Source: Octopus sinensis
Lineage: Eukaryota
Length of the DNA: 64,000 nt
Assembly (NCBI RefSeq): GCF_006345805.1
Contig: NC_042997.1
Location: 120,156,001-120,220,000 of the forward strand
Direction: 5' to 3'
Shown: positions 27,024 through 39,154 of the stretch, one piece after another
Position numbering within the stretch: position 1 is the stretch's first letter
How the letters are laid out: every line of letters begins with the position of its first letter
Notes under the pieces: model-generated
The model's input: the letters and a program-made list of their open reading frames with translations, nothing else
Database searches by the model: none
Told to the model about the DNA's origin: nothing
Made by a program: the position numbers and the translations under genes

Positions 27024-27743
27024 TTATACACACACGCAAATGTGTGCCTGCATACAGTTCTTCATAGATAGCACAGCAAATATAATGCTATTTAAGTTTA
27101 GGTAATATGACTATCTATGTTTGCAGTAAAACGCAGTGTTGGGTCCTTACTGTCTACAATTGCTTGTACAAACCATATAATAAACACATGATCCTTGCCA
27201 ACAGTGATCTCAGGGAGATTGCTGAATCAATATATTTCCCCTCAGCCTAGATTTTACACGTTCTGTGTTTCACTTGCATATCAAATATTAGGAAATAGAT
27301 ATTCTCATAGACGCATGTTTACATCATGTAGAAATATATCAATGCATGTGGTGTATTTGGATTTATGTGTGTATGTACATATATTTATATATCTTCGAAT
27401 GCAGCTGTGAGCCTATGCGTTAACGTGTGTGTGTGTTGACATTTTTGAATGCCTATAGATAACAAAGTTCGCGATTAGTATAGAGAAAATATAATGCAAT
27501 TTACTACTAACGTCTAGTTCAACGGAAATTTGCAATGAAGATATATGTAGTGCAACAGTTGTCCTCATTTCTGACAAGCGTGATTTTATTGGGCATCGAT
27601 TTACGGCCATCGTGAAACCTACTGGTACTACGTAGGTGTTGAAGCTAAAACCTGAAAAAATATACATACACAATATACATATAAACACTTAATCACACAC
27701 GCAAGTACAGGCTCACAAAAACACACGTGTATATATATATAGT

Positions 27744-27890
27744 GAGAATTTACAAAACAAACAAAAGACGAAAGCGGGAGTGTAAACAACAAACAGGTGT
27801 ATTTATTTAACGCTCGGGAAGTGAGAAACACTTTTAGGTTTCGAGCCTACACTCTTCGACAGGTTGGAACACAGAAGTAAACAGGGACAG
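27744..27890 (-). repeat. Solo Penelope-associated terminal module, copy 3
   Basis: Homologous to 23920-24108; contains CTGTCGA-AGAGTGTAGGCTC-GAAAC. Confidence 0.7.
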
Positions 27891-27952
27891 AATATATCTC
27901 TATCTCTATCTATATCTCTATATGTATATTCATATATATATATATTATATTA

Positions 27953-28035
<83 letters not shown>

Positions 28036-28074
28036 CTATGCAGCACACACACACACACAGATATAAATAACTCT

Positions 28075-28330
28075 TTGAAAATCAAAGCTAAAGAAGATAT
28101 TTATGGACAACTGCTTCGAAACATCCCGCTTATCTATCCAAACTATAAATTCATATTCATACCAATAATAATCGAAGCACTATGTTTTATTAGTAAATGC
28201 TTAAATGAGAATCTGGATAAACAGGATTTTTAGAAATAGAAACTAACCAGCTGATTTGTACAATTCAAGTCCAATCTGTGAGCGGAACAGTAAATGTATG
28301 CAAGTCTTTTCACAAGATCCCAATGTAAAT
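28075..28330 (+). mobile_element. Decayed C-terminal restriction-like endonuclease region of an RLE-type (R4/R2-group) non-LTR element
   Basis: KAKEDIYGQLLRNIPLIYPNYKFIFIPIIIEALCFISKCLNENLDKQDF* and, further on, LICTIQVQSVSGTV resemble the K..KY..L...IPIIIGALG...L...GT motif order. Confidence 0.6.
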
Positions 28331-28572
28331 TAGACTATTTTAACTACATTCCCAAAATGGAGCCTTGTATCTTTTGCTGGAAATTGGCTCAATCCTCAGT
28401 GTAAGATTTATAATAAATAAAAAATAGAAGAAACATACATACGCACGCATAATACACATATACATACACACACGCATACATACATGATATACATATACAT
28501 AAGCATATATATATATATGTGTATATACACGTATATATATATATAATATATATATATATATTATATATATAG

Positions 28573-28603
<31 letters not shown>

Positions 28604-28916
28604 GTGCAATAATGTATATATATATATATATATATATATTGAATGACCGTAGATCTTTCGGTGATTCAAAAGTCTTTGAGGGGAAAGCCCATCTTATCCC
28701 TTTGGAATAATACCAGTGATATCTTCGAAAGTAAGATGTGTCGGAAGTAAACGAATTTGACTAAAACCTGCGTTTAACTACATTTAGTTATTTATATATA
28801 TTATACAAAATATCTCACGTACATCCAAAATGACAACCTCTTTCCTTGAGTGATTTTTTTTGCTACTCTGGTTACCTTTTTTCTGTGTTAATTGTTAACA
28901 AGGAAAAATACACACA

Positions 28917-28990
<74 letters not shown>

Positions 28991-29024
28991 TTATACGCAC
29001 ACATACACACACACAAACACAAAC

Positions 29025-29058
<34 letters not shown>

Positions 29059-29721
29059 CCATACACATACCAATGTGTGTATGTGTGTGTATGCATCGTT
29101 GTTTCTAATTGCAAGATATGTAATATTTTCTACCTATATTTACTGTATTATTTCTTGAGTAACAAGCGTAAATTGCGCCACTGACATCACTATCCAACTG
29201 CTAGAATTTATTTTTTGTTTTATGATAACAATCACTTGGTTAAGAAACTAGAACTTTGTAAAATCTCAGTATCATTTTTCTCTTACATTCTTGTGCATAA
29301 TGATGATTGAATCAATAACTAAATTATTCCTACCTCCCTATCGGGAAGCGCCTGACTTTCTTATGGCTACTGCTAGCCATAATACATAAAATAGACATTT
29401 ACTGGCATCAAACCATAAGTCACTCTGTAATTTCCCAACGGCCTTCGATAATACCAAATATTATTTCGATACTGATGATAATGTACGCAGTTCTTACCCT
29501 TTCTAGACACACACAAACATACGCGCGCACACACACACACACATACATACATATACATATATAGCATATATATAGAGAGTGAGTTTGAGAAAGAAAGGGA
29601 GAGACAGATAGGTATGTGTATACAGATATATAAACATATTAAATCTAACCCTGCATATATCTGTGTGTGTGCGTGCATGTGTGCGTGTATGTATATATGT
29701 AATTTATATTATATATATATA

Positions 29722-29774
<53 letters not shown>

Positions 29775-30052
29775 TATATATATATACATGTATATGTAGA
29801 CAACATGTGTATATATGTATATATTATATATATTCAAGTGTAACAGGCCGAATCTGTAATGATAACTGGAATTGAGACTGATTAATAGGCCACCTATATT
29901 CTGTCCTGGTTTTCCTGTCCGTTCTTGTATCGCCCATCTGTCTGTAATGTTTCCATTGTTGTCCGTTACATTCTTTTTTCGGTTTTGTGATTTATATATG
30001 CATATAGCGACGTACGTACACCTTTTGTCACCTTGTAATTATATATATATGT

Positions 30053-30369
<317 letters not shown>

Positions 30370-31574
30370 TTGCATGTATGCATATATATTATATATATAT
30401 ATATATAATATATATACATATATACATGTGAGTGTGTGCAGGCGTGTGTGTTTATACATATACAAGAATGTATGTATTAGTGTCATTTTCAGGGAATTCA
30501 TATGCAATAAATACCAACATATATCCCTCATATTACACTCCTATATTGAATGAAATTGTTCTCGTAGACGGAATGATCACCGTTGGAACGTGACCGATGA
30601 GGGGTTTATTCTGTCAGAACCAATCTAGGGATAAACTTTGAAAGAAATGAAAATTGTTATTCCTTTTCTATGAAGTATGTGATAGTTTCTTTTATAAATG
30701 TCGTTTGTCAAATGATATTGAGCTAGGTAAATGTTACATGCAGCCAAATATTTGATGTCATCAGTCAATATTGCAAATAATCTCCATTCTGTGAAGTGTT
30801 AATACATGTAATATTTGCCTTCATATATCATTTGTTAATAGACATATCTGTACATAAATCCTCAGCATATTTTCTCTAAATAGTTTCATAAAATATCAAA
30901 CATTTCCGCAGTGAAGCACATGCATTTCTTTGCGTCATTCCCTAATGTACTGACATCTGTCATTGCCTATCAATAAATTACTATTCCCATAATATTAGAA
31001 ATAAAACCATAGGTCTAAGTGTTAAAGATAAAGAAAAAGAAAAGAAATGATATAAGACAAGCAACATACGGCCAAATTTATTTGGTGGAAAAAATTACGT
31101 CCATTCCATGTATTTTATCGGATCGAGATCTCTTTTCTAATTTATGTACCAACCCATCATTATTATGAAATGAAGCCGAAAGACTTTGCATCCTGACAGA
31201 CAAAACATGATGAAAACAATGAATGTTTCAAAGTAACTTTGACTAAAAATAATTCATAAGGTGGGGGTGGCATAGTAAATACGAAATATTTTACAGTGAA
31301 GCTTGTAAAGGATTATCGATCTTAGATGAAAGAAATTCAACAGGGACCACACTCTGATTTACACTCAGATGTGAGTAAGTAGAAATATGTCATCGATGCA
31401 TTAGTTTTTAGTGTCTCCACATGCGATAGGTTAACAAGTTTATCGATTAACCTTAGCTAGGTCTAACATACCATGACATCAGTATTGTACAATTATGTTT
31501 CGAGTATTATATTTGCAGTTAGAGCGTTCATAGAAGAACTGTAATATATATATATATATATATTATTATATATA

Positions 31575-31616
<42 letters not shown>

Positions 31617-31834
31617 TCAATATAGGGAGGCAAAAAAATTTTGTAGAATTCTTTTGCCTCCAGCGGCTAGTGGGAAAAAATTAAATAGTCATAAACCATT
31701 TTTAAGTTCAATATCCAATCAAGGAACGGCCATAATAGGCCATTCACCCACTAGAAATAACAGCCAAAAGCTTCAACCGCAAAATACATTAATTCTGTAA
31801 ACCAGGAGAAAATTAAAAAAACATTTACCCTGAA

Positions 31835-31939
31835 ATTCCTTATACGATGCACCGTTTCGTCTACTGTTTAATGTAAACTAACCAGATTAAATTAAATCAA
31901 GCCAATCTACCATAGGCCCTTAGATTCATCAGTAGGAAT
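31835..31939 (-). ncRNA. Type I hammerhead ribozyme motif (stem I carries a 1-nt deletion)
   Basis: Reverse complement of TCATCAG (31926-32) gives CUGAUGA; GAAACGGUGCAUCGUA and the UAAGGAAU strand are intact. Confidence 0.7.
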
Positions 31940-32319
31940 AGCCAAATCGGAACAGATATTTTTCACGAGGCATTCACGTCCATGCCTCGCCAATATCTGA
32001 CCTAAAATTTTCAAATCGTCGCACTCGCGCCAAATTTATCGGCAGCAAATAAATATAAGCCGTCGATTCCATACGGAACTAACCAAAAATTCATAATTAA
32101 TCAATATAGGGAGGCAAAAAAAATTTGTAGAATCTTTTGCCTCCAGCGGCCTAGTGGGAAAAAATTAAATAGTCATAAACCATTTTTAAGTTCAATATCA
32201 CAATCAAGGAACGGCCATAATAGGCCATTCACCCACTAGAAATAACAGCCAAAAAGCTTCAACCGCAAAATAACTAATTCTGTAAACCAGGAGAAAATTA
32301 AAAAAACATTTACCCTGAA

Positions 32320-32426
32320 ATTCCTTATACGATGCACCGTTTCGTCTACTGTTTAATGGTAAACTAACCAGATTAAATTAAATCAAGCCAATCTACCATA
32401 GGCCCTTAGATTCATCAGTAAGGAAT
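32320..32426 (-). ncRNA. Type I hammerhead ribozyme motif
   Basis: AUUCCUUA-CUGAUGA-stem II-GAAACGGUGCAUCGUA-UAAGGAAU on minus. Confidence 0.82.
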
Positions 32427-32792
32427 AGCCAAATCGGAACAGATATTTTTCACGAGGCATTCACGTCCATGCCTCGCCAATATCTGACCTAAAATTTTCA
32501 AATCGTCGCACTCGCGCCAAATTTATCGGCAGCAAATAAATATAAGCCGTCGATTCCATTACGGAACTAACCAGAAAATTCATAATTAATCAATATAGGG
32601 AGGCAAAAAAAATTTTGTAGAATTCTTTTGCCTCCAGCGGCCTAGTGGGAAAAAATTAAATAGTCATAAACCATTTTTAAGTTCAATATCACAATCAAGG
32701 AACGGCCATAATAGGCCATTCACCCACTAGGTCAGATATTGGCGAGGCATGGACGTGAATGCCTCGTGAAAAATATCTGTTCCGATTTGGCT

Positions 32793-32899
32793 ATTCCTTA
32801 CTGATGAATCTAAGGGCCTATGGTAGATTGGCTTGATTTAATTTAATCTGGTTAGTTTACCATTAAACAGTAGACGAAACGGTGCATCGTATAAGGAAT
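32793..32899 (+). ncRNA. Type I hammerhead ribozyme motif; predicted cleavage after 32891
   Basis: Stem I ATTCCTTA/TAAGGAAT (8 bp); CTGATGA 32801-07; GAAAC 32876-80; stem III ACGG/TCGT with a TGCA loop; GTA 32889-91. The first stem II pair is a non-canonical A.C. Confidence 0.85.
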
Positions 32900-33284
32900 T
32901 TCAGGGTAAATGTTTTTTTAATTTTCTCCTGGTTTACAGAATTAATGTTATTTTGCGGTTGAAGCTTTTTGGCTGTTATTTCTAGTGGTGAATGGCCTAT
33001 TATGGCCGTTCCTTGATTGTGATATTGAACTTAAAAATGGTTTATGACTATTTAATTTTTTCCCACTAGGCCGCTGGAGGCAAAAGAATTCTACAAAATT
33101 TTTTTTGCCTCCCTATATTGATTAATTATGAATTTTCTGGTTAGTTCCGTAATGGAATCGACGGCTTATATTTATTTGCTGCCGATAAATTTGGCGCGAG
33201 TGCGACGATTTGAAAATTTTAGGTCAGATATTGGCGAGGCATGGACGTGAATGCCTCGTGAAAAATATCTGTTCCGATTTGGCT

Positions 33285-33391
33285 ATTCCTTACTGATGAA
33301 TCTAAGGGCCTATGGTAGATTGGCTTGATTTAATTTAATCTGGTTAGTTTACCATTAAACAGTAGACGAAACGGTGCATCGTATAAGGAAT
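33285..33391 (+). ncRNA. Type I hammerhead ribozyme motif; predicted cleavage after 33383
   Basis: Same motif: CTGATGA 33293-99, GAAAC 33368-72. Confidence 0.85.
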
Positions 33392-33773
33392 TTCAGGGTA
33401 AATGTTTTTTTAATTTTCTCCTGGTTTACAGAATTAATGTTATTTTGCGGTTGAAGCTTTTTGGCTGTTATTTCTAGTGGGTGAATGGCCTATTATGGCC
33501 GTTCCTTGATTGTGATATTGAACTAAAAATGGTTTATGACTATTTAATTTTTTCCCACTAGGCCGCTGGAGGCAAAAGAATTCTACAAAATTTTTTTTGC
33601 CTCCCTATATTGATTAATTATGATTTTCTGGTTAGTTCCGTAATGGAATCGACGGCTTATTTTATTTGCTGCCGATAAATTTGGCGCGAGTGCGACGATT
33701 TGAAAATTTTAGGTCATATTTGGCGAGGCATGGACGTGAATGCCTCGTGAAAAATATCTGTTCCGATTTGGCT

Positions 33774-33880
33774 ATTCCTTACTGATGAATCTAAGGGCCT
33801 ATGGTAGATTGGCTTGATTTAATTTAATCTGGTTAGTTTACCATTAAACAGTAGACGAAACGGTGCATCGTATAAGGAAT
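33774..33880 (+). ncRNA. Type I hammerhead ribozyme motif; predicted cleavage after 33872
   Basis: Same motif: CTGATGA 33782-88, GAAAC 33857-61. Confidence 0.85.
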
Positions 33881-34262
33881 TTCAGGGTAAATGTTTTTTT
33901 AATTTTCTCCTGGTTTACAGAATTAATGTTATTTTGCGGTGAAGCTTTTTGGCTGTTATTTCTAGTGGGTGAATGGCCTATTATGGCCGTTCCTGATTGT
34001 GATATTGAACTTAAAAATGGTTTATGACTATTTAATTTTTTCCCACTAGGCCGCTGGAGGCAAAAGAATTCTACAAAATTTTTTTTGCCTCCCTATATGA
34101 TTATTATGAATTTTCTGGTTAGTTCCGTAATGGAATCGACGGCTTATATTTATTTGCTGCCGATAAATTTGGCGCGAGTGCGACGATTTGAAAATTTTAG
34201 GTCAGATATTGGCGAGGCATGGACGTGAATGCCTCGTGAAAAATATCTGTTCCGATTTGGCT

Positions 34263-34367
34263 ATTCCTTACTGATGAATCTAAGGCCTATGGTAGATTGG
34301 CTTGATTTAATTTAATCTGTTAGTTTACCATTAAACAGTAGACGAAACGGTGCATCGTATAAGGAAT
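34263..34367 (+). ncRNA. Type I hammerhead ribozyme motif; predicted cleavage after 34359
   Basis: Same motif, with two 1-nt deletions within stem II. Confidence 0.8.
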
Positions 34368-34749
34368 TTCAGGTAAATGTTTTTAATTTTCTTCCTCCTG
34401 GTTTACAGAATTAATGTTATTTTGCGGTTGAAGCTTTTTGGCTGTTATTTCTAGTGGGTGAATGGCCTATTATGGCCGTTCCTTGATTGTGATATTGAAC
34501 TTAAAAAGGTTTATGACTATTTAATTTTTTCCCACTAGGCCGCTGGAGGCAAAAGAATTCTACAAAATTTTTTTGCCTCCCTTATTGATTAATTATGAAT
34601 TTTGGTTAGTTCCGTAATGGAATCGACGGCTTATATTTATTTGCTGCCGATAAATTTGGCGCGAGAGCGACGATTTGAAAATTTTAGGTCAGATATTGGC
34701 GAGGCATGGACGTGAATGCCTCGTGAAAAATATCTGTTCCGATTTGGCT

Positions 34750-34856
34750 ATTCCTTACTGATGAATCTAAGGGCCTATGGTAGATTGGCTTGATTTAATT
34801 TAATCTGGTTAGTTTACCATTAAACAGTAGACGAAACGGTGCATCGTATAAGGAAT
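34750..34856 (+). ncRNA. Type I hammerhead ribozyme motif; predicted cleavage after 34848
   Basis: Same motif: CTGATGA 34758-64, GAAAC 34833-37. Confidence 0.85.
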
Positions 34857-35242
34857 TTCAGGGTAAATGTTTTTTTAATTTTCTCCTGGTTTACAGAATT
34901 AATGTTATTTTGCGGTTGAAGCTTTTTGGCTGTTATTTCTAGTGGGTGAATGGCCTATTATGGCCGTTCCTTGATTGTGATATTGAACTTAAAAATGGTT
35001 TATGACTATTTAATTTTTTCCCACTAGGCCGCTGGAGGCAAAAGAATTCTACAAAATTTTTTTTGCCTCCCTATATTGATTAATTATGAATTTTCTGGTT
35101 AGTTCCGTAATGGAATCGACGGCTTATATTTATTTGCTGCCGATAAATTTGGCGCGAGTGCGACGATTTGAAAATTTTAGGTCAGATATTGGCGAGGCAT
35201 GGACGTGAATGCCTCGTGAAAAATATCTGTTCCGATTTGGCT

Positions 35243-35349
35243 ATTCCTTACTGATGAATCTAAGGGCCTATGGTAGATTGGCTTGATTTAATTTAATCTG
35301 GTTAGTTTACCATTAAACAGTAGACGAAACGGTGCATCGTATAAGGAAT
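35243..35349 (+). ncRNA. Type I hammerhead ribozyme motif; predicted cleavage after 35341
   Basis: Same motif: CTGATGA 35251-57, GAAAC 35326-30. Confidence 0.85.
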
Positions 35350-36065
35350 TTCAGGGTAAATGTTTTTTTTAATTTTCTCCTGGTTTACAGAATTAATGTT
35401 ATTTTGCGGTTGAAGCTTTTTGGCTGTTATTTCTAGTGGGTGAATGGCCTATTATGGCCGTTCCTTGATTGTGATATATATATATATATATATATATAGC
35501 ATTGTGTGATATATTGTTATATTACTGGACATATTACATTAACATTGTCTCCAAAATATGTAGGTATACAGCATATATTTCCTAAGAAATGCATTTTCAG
35601 CGAGATATAAATGTCGTCTTTCGCATTACTTTGAGAGCTGAGTGACTTATTATATCATGGAGTACGGGAAAAGCATAAGTAGACCCTCCTTTCCCTGTCC
35701 ACCTATAAACCAGAAACATTTATCACATATTTCCAAACAACGTTTATAGTCAAACTCCTATACATATGCTATACATCTTAGACACTATAAACATTCGAAT
35801 AGAAAGATATATGAATATGTGTATACGTTTTTCTCTGTTATCTTGGTGCGGTATAGTGAAGACTTTAGTTCTTATCACTAGTAGGTAGATGCTTGTTCAT
35901 CATCATTACGCTTCGTGCAAATTTATATTTCATAGCTATATAATGCTATTGCGCATGCGATCCACCTATGTCACTGCTGGTGATATCATAAAATTTAAAA
36001 TTTATCCACAGATGATATGAACAGTAGTGGCATCTGATTTTAAATCTCAGTGTTTGAATGCTTTG

Positions 36066-36121
<56 letters not shown>

Positions 36122-36790
36122 AATATGTATGCGAGAATGTGTGTTTACCTTGTGTTTATGTATGTGTGTGTATGTATGTATGTATGTCTGCATGTGAGTA
36201 TATATGTATATTATGTATATATATGCGTCTGCATTTGTATATATGCTTCTATGCTTGCCTGCTTGTGTATGATATTAATTTTTTAGTAAAACCGTGCTTT
36301 GATAAGAAAAAAATAAACGAGCTTCAAATTTAACTTGAAACGTGTATTAACGTCATACAGGCTTCTAAATATGAAATGAATTGATAAATATTTTTTACTC
36401 AAAATATACGTCAGGCTATATATCATTTTGATGGTAACAAACCTGCATTCTTTCGCTGAACAATAGCCAAAAATTTAATGATGTATATATGGAAGCTTTT
36501 GGAAGAGAATGTAACTCATGTTCATTGTTATTAGGCTATGAAAAATATAGTTGCATATATATTTATAGGAGTGGTTATGATACAAATAAACTTTCAACAT
36601 TTTATTTCTCGTAAACATGACCTGGACAAAGAGAGCTATGCATTAATTAATATGTTGTAAGTGGTGTAATAATGGATGTTTTATATCATTTATATGAAGC
36701 AATATTATACCAGCAGAAAAATAATATTCTGATTACTATTTATTCATATACATTATATACATGCATAGCTACACATGTATAATCTGTATG

Positions 36791-36842
<52 letters not shown>

Positions 36843-37284
36843 TATATATATATACATATGCGTGTTTGTGTGAATGTATGTATAGGTGTGTGTGCGAGTA
36901 TATAAATGGCATTTTATGCATACACATAATTATGTCATTCTTAGACACATATCACTATACTTTCTCAATATGCGACGAAAAGCATTTTATTTTATTTTTA
37001 AATTTCAAGTTATGGTATAAAAGAAAAGCTTCTTAAAAAGAAATCGACATAGACTTCATGGAAGGAAGATCTCATATCGTAAGCGCTCTTCCTATTTTCA
37101 GCTTTGCAAATATGAGTGTCTGAAACGCCAAAATAAATGGAAACGTTTTCAATAGAGAGACTTTCTTCCAACAGGTCTATTCTTCAGATGACAAAATTAA
37201 TTTTTAATATCTTTGTAAGTAGCTGTGAGTATGTGTGTCTATACCTATGTGCACACACATATACACATATATGTAATATATATA

Positions 37285-37332
<48 letters not shown>

Positions 37333-37345
37333 ATCTATCTATCTA

Positions 37346-37383
<38 letters not shown>

Positions 37384-37384
<1 letters not shown>

Positions 37385-37768
37385 CTTTTACTTGTTTCAG
37401 TCATTTGAATAAGGACATGCTGGAACACCGACTTAAAGGGTTTTAGCCGAAGAAATCAACACCGGTACTTATCCTTTGTAAGCCTAGTACCTATTCTATC
37501 GGACACTTTTGCCCAACCGCTAAGTGACAGGACATAAAAGCTCCAGCATCGGTTGTCAAGCGATGGCGAGGTGACAGACACAGACACACACATAAATATA
37601 TGCATGTAGAGATATATATGACGAGATTCTTTCAGTTTTCTTCTACTCAATCCATTCTCAAGGCTTTGCTCGATCCTAGGCTATAGTAGAAGGCACCGAA
37701 GGCGTCACGCAGTGCGACTGAATCTGGAACCATCTGGTTGAGAAGTAAGCTTCTAAACACACGGCCGT
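37384..37768 (-). mobile_element. tRNA-headed SINE, family A (diverged)
   Basis: Colinear with 22353-22727. Confidence 0.88.
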
Positions 37769-37774
37769 ATATAT

Positions 37775-37817
<43 letters not shown>

Positions 37818-37899
37818 ATATATATGTGTGTGTGTAGATATAAATGTATATGTATATATATATATTATATTTGTCGATACATACATACATACATACATC

Positions 37900-37951
<52 letters not shown>

Positions 37952-38862
37952 TATATACATATATATGTATATATGTATATTCATATTTACTATGAAGGGT
38001 TACAGTTTGGAAGGGAAAGGCTGTTTTCATCTCATGCATCACGTAAGGAAATTGGTTCAATATGATCAACTCAATTGTCTGCAACACGAATGGAGCGGTG
38101 TTAAGGATCGCCAGAGTCTTATCAGGTGATGCGGTATTTATATTGCCATATTTCACCATGCTGTTATATATTAATATTTTCGAAGATAAAAGTATTTTTA
38201 TACAATGCTTCTTTTCTTACAAATCTTTAACATCATCGATATTTAGATATGCACATTATATATTATATATAATTATAAAATCAGATCAAGAGCATTTTGG
38301 GGTTGTTAATTTCCCGTTCTTTCAAAGTTCAGATAGGCTCGAATAATCAAATGGAATTTCTTTTTGTATCGTGATATGGAGATTTTGGTGTCAAATATGA
38401 TTTTCTCATCAATATTCAACGGGTCTAACTTGCTTTGATAAACTATTCCTTTTGTGAAACACCACCAGAATAGGCAGAGTCGTGCTGCAATTACAACGAC
38501 GTAAGTGGTTCTGCATATCTTTAGCTGTAGTATATATCCTGATAAATATAATTACCGAATTATAACGATAAATACAATTAACGAAAGTTTCAAGTGTCAT
38601 TGAAACATAAGTTAACACAGTTTCTCTTAATGAACTCAATGATGTTGCTTTCATCCTATATGTGATGAGTGAGTAAATGCGTACTAGATTAGATTAAATT
38701 GTTCAGAAAGGTAGATTGGAACAAAAGAAAGTGTTATGTGGCCTGTGCTTTTGTTTGCCCGTCAATAGGATTCTGCGCACACGCCTTTTATACTTTGTAA
38801 ATTTGTGCTTCACTGAAATAATATATGTAATGTATTGTTGCTTGAATATATATTATATATAT

Positions 38863-38926
<64 letters not shown>

Positions 38927-38934
38927 GCATTGTT

Positions 38935-39154
38935 TGATCCTTCAAATGACGCCACCGCGCTGGCCAGCGGAAGGAAAAGTGAGAGAAATTTGCGGCGGAA
39001 GAGTACAGCAGGGATTGCCACCACCCCTCCCGGAGCCTCGTGGAACTTTAGGTGTTTTCGCTCAATAAACATTCACAACGCCCGGTCTGGGAATCGAAAC
39101 CGAGATCCCACGACCGCGAGTCCGCTGCCCTAACCAGTGGGTCATTGCGCCTCC
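38935..39154 (-). mobile_element. tRNA-headed SINE, family D
   Basis: Minus strand: GGAGGCGCAATGACCCACTGGTTAGGGCAGCGGACTCGCGG...GGTTTCGATTCCC; head shared with the 57045 and 62765 copies. Confidence 0.85.

Larger units (their letters stand above)
31611..35477. repeat. Tandem array of ~490-bp hammerhead-containing units (retrozyme-like); 2.3 units in one orientation, then 5.6 inverted units
   Basis: Units start at 31611, 32095 and 32584. Orientation flips at TAG 32728-30. The inverted-block marker GTCA(G)ATATT recurs at 32731, 33223, 33713, 34201, 34688 and 35181. Both ends abut (TA)n. Confidence 0.97.

Noticed and set aside
29361-29382. 9-bp perfect hairpin TTATGGCTA/TAGCCATAA
   Set aside because: Expected by chance in 64 kb.
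31611-35477. Array as a CRISPR, rDNA/5S or coding repeat
   Set aside because: No unique spacers, no rRNA/tRNA/snRNA similarity that I recognise, and no ORF of 60 aa or more.
38020-38510. Short open frames and a GTAAGT donor at ~38500
   Set aside because: No recognisable domain or matching acceptor.
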